A DNA stretch of 62,725 bases, counting the filler, from Nanobdellota archaeon (GTDB lineage: Archaea; Nanobdellota; Nanobdellia; B33-G15): NCBI GenBank assembly GCA_003660925.1. It is 3 parts of 3 records of this genome, joined end to end, with 100 filler letters (N's around TTAATTAATTAA, not from the genome) between each part and the next. Parts side by side here need not be neighbours in the genome. Positions count along the whole stretch, not along the records: positions 44,113 to 62,725 come from QMVD01000008.1; 2 more parts are not named here. One strand, given 5' to 3'. Both the position numbers and the translations under genes were made by a program. The notes under the pieces were generated by a model. That model had not been told where the DNA came from, ran no database searches, and saw only the letters and a program-made list of their open reading frames with translations. Below are positions 54,149 to 62,725 of the stretch, in pieces (the first letter of the stretch is position 1; each line of letters starts with the position of its first letter).

Positions 54149-55161
54149 GAGGAGAGGAACAGGGAGGAGAGGTAAAACAGAGCGGAGAGGGCAAACCAAA
54201 GGAAGACATCTGAGGGGAAGTAGAAGGGGTCTAGTGAAAGGCGGGTTATGATATAGGAAGGGGTGAACCGAACAGGAAGCCCAAGGAAGTAGGTGAGGGA
54301 GAGGAGCATGAACACGGTGTACGCCAACTGGGCGCTCTTGTTCCGCTTGAAGAAAGAGGAAAAAAGAGCTCCGACGCTGGAGTAAAGGAGGGAAAGAGAG
54401 AAGAGGAAAGGGAGGAGGAAGTGAACGTTCTGTATGTATATCTCTTGAAAGAGAAACAAGAAGATCCATATGGAGCTTTGGAAGGCTGTGAGTATGGAGG
54501 GCAACCATATCTTGGCGTTTAGGAAGTGATGAGGTTTGAGGGGGGAGGAAAGGAGGGAGGAGTAGGTCTTCCTTTCCAACTCTTCAGTTATCAGGTCGAT
54601 GGTCAGGGAGCCGGATATGAGGACTGAAAAGAGGAGCAAGAGGGGGAGGACGAAGGTGTATATAACTTCTAATTCCCTAGTGTTCATCTCCACGCTGTTC
54701 TCTAAGAACTGCAACAAGATGTCTTTCTCCTCCATCCTCTCCAACTGGATCTCCTCTTTCAGCTCCTTCAGTTCGCTCCTCACCAAAGAAACCGCTAACT
54801 CCCTCTTCGGGTCGTCCCTCCTGGCGTAGAGTTCGAACTCCTTCACACCGTTCTCTTCCCCGAGGAAGACGAGGAAGGCGTTTATCTCCCCTTCCTCTAG
54901 TGCCTTCATCCCCTCTCGTTTGTCATTGAAGTAGGAGAGGTTCTCTAAGGAGAGGTTGAAGTTCATCACCCCTATCCTCACCAACTTCTCGAGCTCGAAG
55001 ACCTCTTGAGCGCTCTCGGGACTTGAGAGGAGGATCATGCCAGCAGAGAAGGAACGAGCGGTGGCGAACAACACCAGTTGTAGGATCAGGATGGAGAGGT
55101 AGCTCCTTTCGAACCTAATGGAGTTGAAGTCCTTCTTCATGATGGAAAGAGTTTCACGCAA
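54124..55161 (-). CDS. ABC-2 type (NatB-like) permease
   Basis: N-terminal TM, extracellular domain, DLITEELERKT..LLSSPL, multiple TMs. Confidence 0.85.
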   Translation of the reverse strand: MRETLSIMKKDFNSIRFERSYLSILILQLVLFATARSFSAGMILLSSPESAQEVFELEKLVRIGVMNFNLSLENLSYFNDKREGMKALEEGEINAFLVFLGEENGVKEFELYARRDDPKRELAVSLVRSELKELKEEIQLERMEEKDILLQFLENSVEMNTRELEVIYTFVLPLLLLFSVLISGSLTIDLITEELERKTYSSLLSSPLKPHHFLNAKIWLPSILTAFQSSIWIFLFLFQEIYIQNVHFLLPFLFSLSLLYSSVGALFSSFFKRNKSAQLAYTVFMLLSLTYFLGLPVRFTPSYIITRLSLDPFYFPSDVFLWFALSALFYLSSLFLSSYLLREAK

Positions 55162-56590
55162 GGTGAAGCACCCCCAGGTTGAAGGCGAAGTGGATTAGGG
55201 TGGAGAGGGATAGGGCTAAAGACCTTCTCCTGAAGGAGAACAGGATAATAGTGCACACCACATGAGCTAACAAGGTCATCCAGAGCTCGGAGATCACCCT
55301 GACGTAAAGCACGTCCAGGAGGGAGAAGAGGAGCCAGAGGTTGATCAATTTCTCGAAGAAGAAGAAGGAGATCCCCACAAGGATCGCCCTTCTCAGGTCG
55401 AGCTTCTTGAAGGGTAAGAGCTTTGAGGTCTCCTCTATCAGGGCGACGACGAAGAGGAAAGGGTAAGGGGAGATGGGGACTATGGTTAAGATGATCGCGC
55501 ATATCACCTCAAAAAAGTAGACGAAGGGGATGACGAGACCCACTACCCACACGGGGTGGATCCTGAGAGCCTTTGGGAGGAGCTCCAACGCGCTCCGCTT
55601 CGACTTGATGAGCTCCGACTCCATGAAGGAAAAGGAGAGGTAAATGCAGGACAAGGAGAACCAGAGGAATGGGAAAAAAGCCATCAAGAGGTCAAGGGGA
55701 GAGATGCTCTTGCCCAATAACACGTCCCCCATCAAGGAGAAAGGGGACAAGCCGGCCAATTCCGAATAGCCGTACATCACGATGGGAAAGACGAATAGGA
55801 AGAAGAGGGAGAAGAAGGAAAAAGTGGACAACATGCTGAACTCCTTGAAGCTCCTGCTCACCAAAGGGAGCAAGAGGGAAAGGGAAAAGAGGGGGATGTC
55901 GCTGAGCAACACTATGGAGAAAAGTTGAAGGTCGAGTTTGGAAAAGAAAAGTTGGAGGAGGACAGCGGTCAGGAGATAGGGGAGGAGTTTTGAGGAGAGG
56001 AACTTCCACCTCTTCATCGGGACGAGCAAGATGTGCTCCATCACATGCTTGTCCTGCATGAGGGACATGCCGAACAGGCTCGCCGTCAAGATGCTTGGGA
56101 GTAGGAGGAGGACAGGGGTCAACAGGTTTTGGATGGGCCTAAAACTTGGAAGTTGCTCTGGGGAGAGGTTCTCCCTTGGACTCTCCCCTAATTCGATGTA
56201 CCTCACCCTTATGGGTTCTGACACGTTCTGAGGGAGGGAACTCAAAACCTCTTCCGCGTGTCTCCTCGCGACCTCCTTCACGTATTCATAGGCCAGGAGA
56301 GACTTAGCATACCCGGGGATGTAAACGTCAATCGTGCCTCCTTGTAAGGTGAAGTACACATCTGCGTCCTCGTTCACCAATTCGATCTCCGGAACCTCCC
56401 TCAAATACCCCTCCAATTCGGGGAGGCCCTGGACGCTCACCTTGTAAAAACCCAACAGGACCCTACTCTGGGAGAAGTTCGGGCTGTAAAATAAGTAGAG
56501 GAAGAGGAGGAGGAAGATCGAGGCGAGGAAAAGGGAGAGGAATTGGGGGGAAACGCTCCGTTTGATCTCCCACTTAACCAGTTTGAGCAT
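55154..56590 (-). CDS. ABC-2 permease fused to PrsW-like intramembrane glutamic protease
   Basis: Permease motif ME.ILLVP...FL.SK. C-terminal EETSK, FFFFEK, LAH and IHFAFN motifs. Confidence 0.8.
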   Translation of the reverse strand: MLKLVKWEIKRSVSPQFLSLFLASIFLLLFLYLFYSPNFSQSRVLLGFYKVSVQGLPELEGYLREVPEIELVNEDADVYFTLQGGTIDVYIPGYAKSLLAYEYVKEVARRHAEEVLSSLPQNVSEPIRVRYIELGESPRENLSPEQLPSFRPIQNLLTPVLLLLPSILTASLFGMSLMQDKHVMEHILLVPMKRWKFLSSKLLPYLLTAVLLQLFFSKLDLQLFSIVLLSDIPLFSLSLLLPLVSRSFKEFSMLSTFSFFSLFFLFVFPIVMYGYSELAGLSPFSLMGDVLLGKSISPLDLLMAFFPFLWFSLSCIYLSFSFMESELIKSKRSALELLPKALRIHPVWVVGLVIPFVYFFEVICAIILTIVPISPYPFLFVVALIEETSKLLPFKKLDLRRAILVGISFFFFEKLINLWLLFSLLDVLYVRVISELWMTLLAHVVCTIILFSFRRRSLALSLSTLIHFAFNLGVLHLA

Positions 56591-56642
56591 CACTTTAAGA
56601 TGAACAGCAGGATTTATATGTTTGTCCCGAGATTTCTTAAAC

Positions 56643-57356
56643 ATGATAGAGACTAGGGGCCTAACGAAGTTCTACGACGGGACGAGGGGAATAGAGGATT
56701 TGAACATAACTGTTAAGGAGGACGAGATCTTCGGCCTGTTGGGCCCCAATGGTGCTGGCAAGACCACCACCTTAAAGCTCCTCTCTTGTCTCCTCAAGCC
56801 GACGAGGGGGACTGCCTTGATAAATGGTTTTGACGTGAGGAAGGACGAAATCGAAGTCAAGAAGATGGTCGGGTACATGCCCGAGGAGAACGAGTTCTAC
56901 GAGGAAATGAGGGTTGAAGATTACCTCCAATTCTTCGGGGAGCTCTACGGAGTGAAGGACTTGAAGACGAGGGTGAGAGAACTCATGCAAAGGCTTGGAC
57001 TCTATGAGAGGAGGAGGTCGAGTATTTCCACGCTGAGCAAGGGGATGAAGAGGAAGCTCCTCTTCGCGAAGACCTTGATACACAACCCACAAGTGTTGTT
57101 ATTGGATGAGTTGACCGGGGGGATAGACCCCATAACGTCCAAGATGCTCATGGAGTGGGTAAAGGAATTAAGGAAAGGGAGAGTCATCATCTATTCCACC
57201 CATAACCTCCACCAGGCGGAGCTCATATGCGATAGAGTAGCCATTATAAACAAGGGTAAGCTCGTCGCCTACGGCCCCGTTAACGAGTTAAAGCTCAGAT
57301 TCGGGGTCCCTGACTTGGAGTCAGTGTTCTTCAAGGCGGTTGGAAAAACTTATTAG
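56643..57356 (+). CDS. ABC transporter ATP-binding protein
   Basis: GPNGAGKTT, LSKGM signature, LLLDE, STH. Divergent from the permeases. Confidence 0.95.
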   Translation: MIETRGLTKFYDGTRGIEDLNITVKEDEIFGLLGPNGAGKTTTLKLLSCLLKPTRGTALINGFDVRKDEIEVKKMVGYMPEENEFYEEMRVEDYLQFFGELYGVKDLKTRVRELMQRLGLYERRRSSISTLSKGMKRKLLFAKTLIHNPQVLLLDELTGGIDPITSKMLMEWVKELRKGRVIIYSTHNLHQAELICDRVAIINKGKLVAYGPVNELKLRFGVPDLESVFFKAVGKTY

Positions 57357-57618
57357 GGAGGATGAGGAGATTCAAAATATGTTGAAAGAAGTTCCCTCTC
57401 CAACTTTGGAGGAGATCATAAAACTGTGGGGGGAAGCGGAAGGAAGGGTAAAAAGCAAGCTTTCGATGCCGGTAGGGTATGAGAACTGGAGAAGGTTGAT
57501 GGAGAGGGAGTTAAGGGCGATGAGAGTGCCAGAGAACGAGATAAGGATGGTGCTTAACTTCAGGGGATACATAAGAGAGAGTACTAGGCTCGCTGAAATC
57601 AGGAAACTCCTTTACTGA
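57340..57618 (+). CDS. Hypothetical protein
   Basis: 92 aa helical ORF overlapping the ABC ATPase end. Start uncertain. Confidence 0.5.
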   Translation: MEKLIREDEEIQNMLKEVPSPTLEEIIKLWGEAEGRVKSKLSMPVGYENWRRLMERELRAMRVPENEIRMVLNFRGYIRESTRLAEIRKLLY

Positions 57619-57627
57619 GGGGATGGG

Positions 57628-57927
57628 ATGGACTTTTATAGGAGGAGGTCTCTCCTATTCAAGTTTCACAGGCCCCCTTCCAGGAGGAAAAGGGTCCTTG
57701 AGGAAGTCCTCGATGAGGAATCGAAGTATGATGGCCTCATCAAGAGGGTCTTGGCGCGTCACTATCTAGTGAAGAACTACGTTCAGAAGGTGATAAGGAA
57801 AGGATGCTCAAGGATAAGCCCTGTTGATCACCCTAGGGAAGGGGATGGTGTCCCTTATGTGGTCCAGCCTGCAGACCCACATCACGAATCGCTCCATCCC
57901 CAGTCCGAATCCAGAGTGGGGGACTGA
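57628..57927 (+). CDS. Possible small basic hypothetical protein
   Basis: ATG after a GAGGGG RBS-like motif, but the last 120 nt overlap asnS antisense. Confidence 0.35.
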   Translation: MDFYRRRSLLFKFHRPPSRRKRVLEEVLDEESKYDGLIKRVLARHYLVKNYVQKVIRKGCSRISPVDHPREGDGVPYVVQPADPHHESLHPQSESRVGD

Positions 57928-59070
57928 GCCATACCTCCTCAAGTCCAGGTACCACTCATAATCCTTTGGCCTGAGCTTGAACAGCTTCATGTTCTCCTTC
58001 AACTTCTCGAGATCATCTTCCCTCTGACTTCCCCCTATGAGCTCGCCATAGCCCTCTGGGGATAGGAGATCATCGTTCAGGACCTTATTTTCATCCCTGG
58101 GATCCACCTTCATGTAGAAGGCCTTTATCTTCCTGGGATAGTTGGTGAGGAAAATGGGTTTCCTCAAGTCCTTGGTCAACTCCCTCTCCTCGTCCGCCCC
58201 TAAATCCTCTCCCCACTCTATCTCCATTCCCCTCCTTTGAAGGATCTCAATGGCCTTGTCATAAGTCATTCGCTTGAAGGGAGGCTTGACCCTCTTCAGG
58301 ATCTTCACATCTCTTCCCAAGGACTCCAACTCTTCTTTCCTCTCCTTCACCACCTTCTTCACCATGTAACTCACCAATTGCTCCTGAATCCTCATGTTCT
58401 CCTCGTGGTCCACCCAGGCGGCCTCCCCCTCCAAGTGCCAATACTCCGCTAGGTGCCTCCTCGTCCTGGACTTCTCCGCCCTGAAGGATGGGGTTAAGGA
58501 GTATACCTTTTCTAAGGAGTAGATCAGGGCCTCTAAGTACAACTGGGCGGATTGGCTCAAGAAAGCGGTCCTGTCAAAATATTTGAACTTAAACAGAGTG
58601 GCCCCTCCCTCGCACGCGCCGCTCACTATGATGGGAGGGGTCACCTCCCAAAACCCATGTTTGTGGAACCACTCTCTCGCAGCCCTCAAGGCTGTGTCTT
58701 TCACCTTCATGATGGCTGTGAGCTTCCTCGACCTCAGCCACAGGTGCCTGACATCTAAGAGGAATTCCACGCTTTGATCCTTGGTTATGGGGAACACCTC
58801 TGCCTCCCCCACCACTTTTAACTTCTCCACGGCTATCTCATGACCTCCCGGCGCCCTCTCGTCCTTCTTCAAAGAACCTGACACGATGACGGAAGATTCT
58901 ATCCTCGCCTTCTCAACCCCCTTCAAACTGCTCGGGACGACGCATTGAACTATCCCCGTAGAATCCCTCAAGACGAGGAATACTTTATCCTTCAACTCCC
59001 TCCTCCTAAAGACCCAACCTCTCACCTTGACCCTTTCCCCCACGTGCTTGGGGAGGTCCTTAATCCTCAT
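57808..59070 (-). CDS. asnS: Asparaginyl-tRNA synthetase
   Basis: OB fold (VRGWV, LRDSTG), LSQSAQLYLE, FRAEKSRTRRHLAEYW, ELIGGSQRE, WYLDLRRYGSVPHSGFGLG. Confidence 0.93.
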   Translation of the reverse strand: MRIKDLPKHVGERVKVRGWVFRRRELKDKVFLVLRDSTGIVQCVVPSSLKGVEKARIESSVIVSGSLKKDERAPGGHEIAVEKLKVVGEAEVFPITKDQSVEFLLDVRHLWLRSRKLTAIMKVKDTALRAAREWFHKHGFWEVTPPIIVSGACEGGATLFKFKYFDRTAFLSQSAQLYLEALIYSLEKVYSLTPSFRAEKSRTRRHLAEYWHLEGEAAWVDHEENMRIQEQLVSYMVKKVVKERKEELESLGRDVKILKRVKPPFKRMTYDKAIEILQRRGMEIEWGEDLGADEERELTKDLRKPIFLTNYPRKIKAFYMKVDPRDENKVLNDDLLSPEGYGELIGGSQREDDLEKLKENMKLFKLRPKDYEWYLDLRRYGSVPHSGFGLGMERFVMWVCRLDHIRDTIPFPRVINRAYP

Positions 59071-59090
59071 ACCAAATCATCCCCTTCCTT

Positions 59091-60443
59091 TCATTTTAAA
59101 TCAATCGATTCCTCCAGCAACCTCCTCACTTTCTTCACATCCGCCCTCCCACCAATCCTCCTCAAGACCTGTCCTATCAGGAACTCAAGGGCTTTTTTCT
59201 TGCCCTTTTTATAATCCTCCACTGCCTTACGATGCTCCCGAAGGACCTCCTCAACCGCTCTCCTTAACTCTTCCTCACTCACCATCTCTTTTAAAAACTC
59301 CTCCACTTTTTTCCCGCTCGGCACCCACTCCTTTATCATCTCCTTGGCGTACCTTTCCGAGATCCTCTCCTCTTCCATGGCCCTCAAGAACTCCACGAAC
59401 TCCTTGGGGGTCAAGGAAGTATCCTCGAGCCTCATGTGATTAAAGTTCAGGCACTTCAACAAGTGAGTGAGCATCCAGCTAGCCACCACTTCTGGCTTCC
59501 CGAAGTCTTTCACGACCTCCTCGAAGAAGGAGGCGAAGTCCGGGCCCTCATAAGCTATGGCTTTAGCCTTCTCCTCCTTCAGTCCGTATTCCTCGACGAA
59601 CCTCTCCACCATTCGATCAGGGAGTTCAGGGATCTCCACCTCGATGCCCTCGATGATAGGGAGGTCTGGATCAAAAATGTAACCATAATCGTCCTCGAAC
59701 TCCTTCTCCCTCAGGCTCGTGGTGAGCCCCGTCTTCTCGTCGAAGTGCCTCGTCTCCCTCTTCACTTCCTTCCCTTCCTTGAGGAGCTTCTCCTGCCTCA
59801 AGATCTCATATCTTATCGCCCTTTCTATGTGCTTCAACCCCGTGACGTTCTTCACCTCCACCCTCGTGTCCCCCAAGGATATGTTCACATCGCACCTTAT
59901 GGAACACTTGAGGGGGTCAAAGGCCCTCAAGTGGAGCAGGATGGAGAGCAATTTCTTAAAGAACCTCTTCACCTCCTCCACGTCCTCGAAGTCGGGCTCC
60001 GTGACTATCTCTACCAAGGGGACTCCTGCCCTATTGTAATCTATGAGCACGTGATCGGATCCCCCTATCCCTCCTGGATGGACCAACCTCGCTGGGTCCT
60101 CTTCCAAGTGAACCCTTCTTATCCTTATCTTCTTCCCTATGTCCACCCAACCGTCCACCCCGATGGGGGCTTCATACTGGGTTATCTGATAGTTCTTGGG
60201 CATGTCTGGATAGAAATAGGACTTCCTTGAAAAGAAGCACCTCTCGAGGATCCTACAATTCAGGGCCTTAGCTATTTTGAACGCCAGCAGGATGGCTTCC
60301 TCGTTCGGGAAAGGTCTAATCCCCGGGAAGCCCAAGCATATGGGACAGATGTTCCTATTGGGCTCGGCTGGGTCAGTCGGACAATTACAGAACAACTTGC
60401 TTTTGGTCTTGAGCTGCACGTGTACTTCCAGTCCTATCCTCAT
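59091..60443 (-). CDS. gatB: Asp/Glu-tRNA amidotransferase subunit B
   Basis: IGLEVHVQL, CPICLG.PG, RKSYFYPD, HLEED, DYNRAG.PL.EIVTEPD, C-terminal YqeY-like tail. Confidence 0.96.
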   Translation of the reverse strand: MRIGLEVHVQLKTKSKLFCNCPTDPAEPNRNICPICLGFPGIRPFPNEEAILLAFKIAKALNCRILERCFFSRKSYFYPDMPKNYQITQYEAPIGVDGWVDIGKKIRIRRVHLEEDPARLVHPGGIGGSDHVLIDYNRAGVPLVEIVTEPDFEDVEEVKRFFKKLLSILLHLRAFDPLKCSIRCDVNISLGDTRVEVKNVTGLKHIERAIRYEILRQEKLLKEGKEVKRETRHFDEKTGLTTSLREKEFEDDYGYIFDPDLPIIEGIEVEIPELPDRMVERFVEEYGLKEEKAKAIAYEGPDFASFFEEVVKDFGKPEVVASWMLTHLLKCLNFNHMRLEDTSLTPKEFVEFLRAMEEERISERYAKEMIKEWVPSGKKVEEFLKEMVSEEELRRAVEEVLREHRKAVEDYKKGKKKALEFLIGQVLRRIGGRADVKKVRRLLEESIDLK

Positions 60444-61747
60444 AATTCTGGCACCTTTCTCCAGTAGTTAGTATGTTCCTGTATGGCTCTTCCCACCCTA
60501 AACAACAAGTCCTCTCTGAAGTGGTCAGCCATCAAGTGTAGCCCCACAGGCAAACCTCTTGAGAAACCTATGGGGACGGAGAGCATGGGGATCCCCGCTA
60601 AGTTGGGTCCCACCGTGAGCTGGTCCATGGCATATACCTGGATGGGCTCTAACTCCTCGATCTCCTCGAACTTAGGGGGTAAGATGGGCATGGTAGGAGC
60701 AGCTATCAAGTCACATCTGGAAAAAATCTCCTTGAACTCATTTATTATCAATCTCCTCACCTTCAACGCCTTCAAGTAATATCTCCCCCTATAACCGGCC
60801 ATGCGGGCAAAGGTTCCGAGGATTATCCTTCGTTTACTTTCTTGGTTGAACCCAGAGCCCCTCACCTTGGAGAAGTACTCGTTGAACTCCCCCTTCATCT
60901 CCGCGCTCAACCCATACTTTAACCCACAGAACCTCGCCAAGTTCGTGCTCGCCTCGCTTAAGGCGATGATGTAATAGGAAGCCAAGGCGTACTTCGTGAG
61001 CTTCAAGGAGACCTCTCTTATCTCTGCCCCCAGAGAATCCAAGAGGGATATGCCATCCATGACTTTTTCCTTCACCTCTTCCTCGACGTGCTCGAAGTAC
61101 TCCTTCGGAACCCCTACCTTTAACCCCCTGATCTCCCCGAAGCATCTGGTGTAATCCGGTACCCTCCCCTGATAAGAAGTTGGGTCCCTCTCGTCTCCTC
61201 CCACGATGTAGTTCATCACCAAGGCTATGTCCTTGAGGTCCCTGGCCATGAGCCCTATCTTATCCAAGGAGTCAGCGTAACTTATTAAGCCCCACCTGGA
61301 GACCAAGCCATAAGTTGGGGTAAGGCCAAAGACGTTGCAGAAGCTCGCTGGGCAGGAGATGCTTCCTCCTGTGGACTCCGCGAGGGCCACGTTCCTCTCC
61401 TTCAGGGCGCTCGCCACTATGGCCGCCCCGCTCGAGCTCCCGCCAGGCGAGCGTCCCAAGTCCCAAGGATTCCTCGGGGTTCCAAAATCGCAATTCGTCC
61501 CGAAGGTCCCGAACCCCCACGAGTCCATGGAGGTCTTCCCCAGGATCTCTCCCTTCCCCCTTATCCTCTCCACCACGGTAGCGTCGAAGGGGGGATGATA
61601 GTTATACAGCATCTTGGAGCCAGCGGTCGTCCTCATGTCTTTCGTGCAGATGTTGTCCTTTATCGAAAAATAAAGCTCTGCCTCCTCGACCTCCTCCTTC
61701 AAGGTTATGAAGGCGTTCGTCTTCTCGTTCAACCTTTTGAGTTTCAT
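60440..61747 (-). CDS. gatA: Asp/Glu-tRNA amidotransferase subunit A
   Basis: IKDNI, PGGSSSG, STGGSI, SEASTNLARF, KRRIILGTF. Confidence 0.95.
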   Translation of the reverse strand: MKLKRLNEKTNAFITLKEEVEEAELYFSIKDNICTKDMRTTAGSKMLYNYHPPFDATVVERIRGKGEILGKTSMDSWGFGTFGTNCDFGTPRNPWDLGRSPGGSSSGAAIVASALKERNVALAESTGGSISCPASFCNVFGLTPTYGLVSRWGLISYADSLDKIGLMARDLKDIALVMNYIVGGDERDPTSYQGRVPDYTRCFGEIRGLKVGVPKEYFEHVEEEVKEKVMDGISLLDSLGAEIREVSLKLTKYALASYYIIALSEASTNLARFCGLKYGLSAEMKGEFNEYFSKVRGSGFNQESKRRIILGTFARMAGYRGRYYLKALKVRRLIINEFKEIFSRCDLIAAPTMPILPPKFEEIEELEPIQVYAMDQLTVGPNLAGIPMLSVPIGFSRGLPVGLHLMADHFREDLLFRVGRAIQEHTNYWRKVPEL

Positions 61748-62001
61748 CACACCACCCTCGGTCCCCTATAAAACTCCCCCTCCTTATTGGGCATTTTTAT
61801 CTCCCTCCATCCCCTCGCCTTGTCCTTTCTGAACCTGTTCCTTATCTCGTAAGGGTGCATAGCAGGCTCCACGCCCTCCACGTTCAACTCGTCCAAGACC
61901 TCGAATGCCTTCAAGACCTCCTTCAGCTGTCTAGAAAAGAGTTCCTTCTCCTCCTCGCTCAGCTTAAGCCTGGCTATCCTCGCGACCTTTTCGACATCCA
62001 T
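61747..62001 (-). CDS. gatC: Asp/Glu-tRNA amidotransferase subunit C
   Basis: VEKVARIARLKLSEEE, L.E.NVEGVEP, FR.D, F..PRV. Confidence 0.92.
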   Translation of the reverse strand: MDVEKVARIARLKLSEEEKELFSRQLKEVLKAFEVLDELNVEGVEPAMHPYEIRNRFRKDKARGWREIKMPNKEGEFYRGPRVV

Positions 62002-62002
62002 A

Positions 62003-62075
62003 CGCCCGGGCCAGGACTCGAACCTGGGACCTTCCGGTTAACAGCCGGACGCTCTACCTTCTGAGCTACCCGGGC
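62003..62075 (-). tRNA. tRNA-Asn (GTT)
   Basis: GCCCGGG/CCCGGGC acceptor, TCCGG-CT-GTT-AA-CCGGA anticodon arm, GGTTCGAGTCC T-loop. Confidence 0.96.
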
Positions 62076-62161
62076 AATAGGACTAGATAAAAGTTTAGAA
62101 GATGTTTTTCCGGCCACCGCGCATTGCCGGAGCCATAGGAAGTAAAAAATCGATATGATTT

Positions 62162-62725
62162 TTAACTTTTTCTCCCGGAACTCTGAAACCTCAAGAACAC
62201 CGCTTTGAACCTTCCCACCCTCTTCCTGTGCCAAGGGAAGATCGCCTTGAGGGGGAAATCGAATTCCTTTAAGACTTCCCCAGAGAAGCTGTGCTTCCTC
62301 CCAAAATCCAGGAGGAACCGGGCCGAGCTCGCTGGGTGAATGGAATAAACGATGTCAGCTATCTCGAATGCCTTTTCCAGGAAAACCCTATCCAAATGAT
62401 GAGGCTTCCTCCCGAAAGGGGGATTCATGACGACGGTGTCCACCTCTTCCTCAAAATCCCTCATGTCCATGAGCAAGAACTTGACGTCGACCCCCAGTCT
62501 CCTCGCGTTCCTCCCGGCCACCTTTAGGGAGTCCTCGTCTATCTCCACGCAGTAAACCTCCCTCGCCCCCAACAGCTTCGCCCCTATCCCAAGAATCCCG
62601 TTCCCACACCCTAAGTCCGCCACTTTTCCCTTCAGATCCCCTCTGAGGAAGGCCATCCAAAGCAAGTCAGCAGCTATCTCACCGGGCGTTTGATACTGTT
62701 CCAACTTTTTCTTAGGCTTTATCTC
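62162..62725 (-). CDS. METTL5-like N6-adenine RNA methyltransferase (5'-truncated)
   Basis: LEQYQTP..IAA.LL, DLGCGNG, MNPPFG, YSIH, FPWH. Confidence 0.9.
   Translation of the reverse strand, partial: EIKPKKKLEQYQTPGEIAADLLWMAFLRGDLKGKVADLGCGNGILGIGAKLLGAREVYCVEIDEDSLKVAGRNARRLGVDVKFLLMDMRDFEEEVDTVVMNPPFGRKPHHLDRVFLEKAFEIADIVYSIHPASSARFLLDFGRKHSFSGEVLKEFDFPLKAIFPWHRKRVGRFKAVFLRFQSSGRKS

Noticed and set aside
59436..60230. Long antisense ORFs (e.g. 264 aa opposite gatB, 39908..40636, 43353..44009, 9142..9717)
   Set aside because: They are shadows of well-conserved genes on the other strand, with no recognisable motifs.

Overview
Gene-dense archaeal DNA. By inference it is from a DPANN-type, probably thermophilic lineage (archaeal ribosomal, RNAP, exosome and proteasome genes, FtsZ/SepF, Lys/Glu-rich proteins). 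It consists of three contigs joined by artificial N-TTAATTAATTAA-N linkers (22499-22598, 44013-44112), so adjacency across the linkers is not biological. Contig 1 carries two membrane/left-handed-beta-helix acyltransferase-like genes with a PaaK-like adenylating enzyme, a tandem-duplication scar, intron-containing tRNA-Ser with serS, a ThyX-like gene, the interrupted S13-S4-S11-RpoD / tRNA-Leu-L18e-L13-S9-RpoN / tRNA-Pro cluster, guaB, L37Ae-RpoP-Pcc1-prefoldin-SepF and a presenilin-like protease. Contig 2 carries SUF genes, DNA ligase, ftsZ with a structured leader, TrmB, a CBS+HPF-like protein, tRNA-Gln, TFE, L40e and the RNase P-proteasome-exosome superoperon with a FAU-1-like gene inside it. 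Contig 3 carries a candidate fimbrial/surface-fibre operon, a split GlmU flanking glmS, pelota, an ABC system with a PrsW-fused permease, and a tRNA-Asn-gatC-gatA-gatB-asnS unit. No CRISPR array, rRNA or transposase was seen. The best candidates for an undescribed system are the surface-fibre operon (44113-47258) and the possible split Pls-like amide/polymer synthase (2-2541). The supplied ORF 45636..47258 is labelled + but actually reads on the minus strand.
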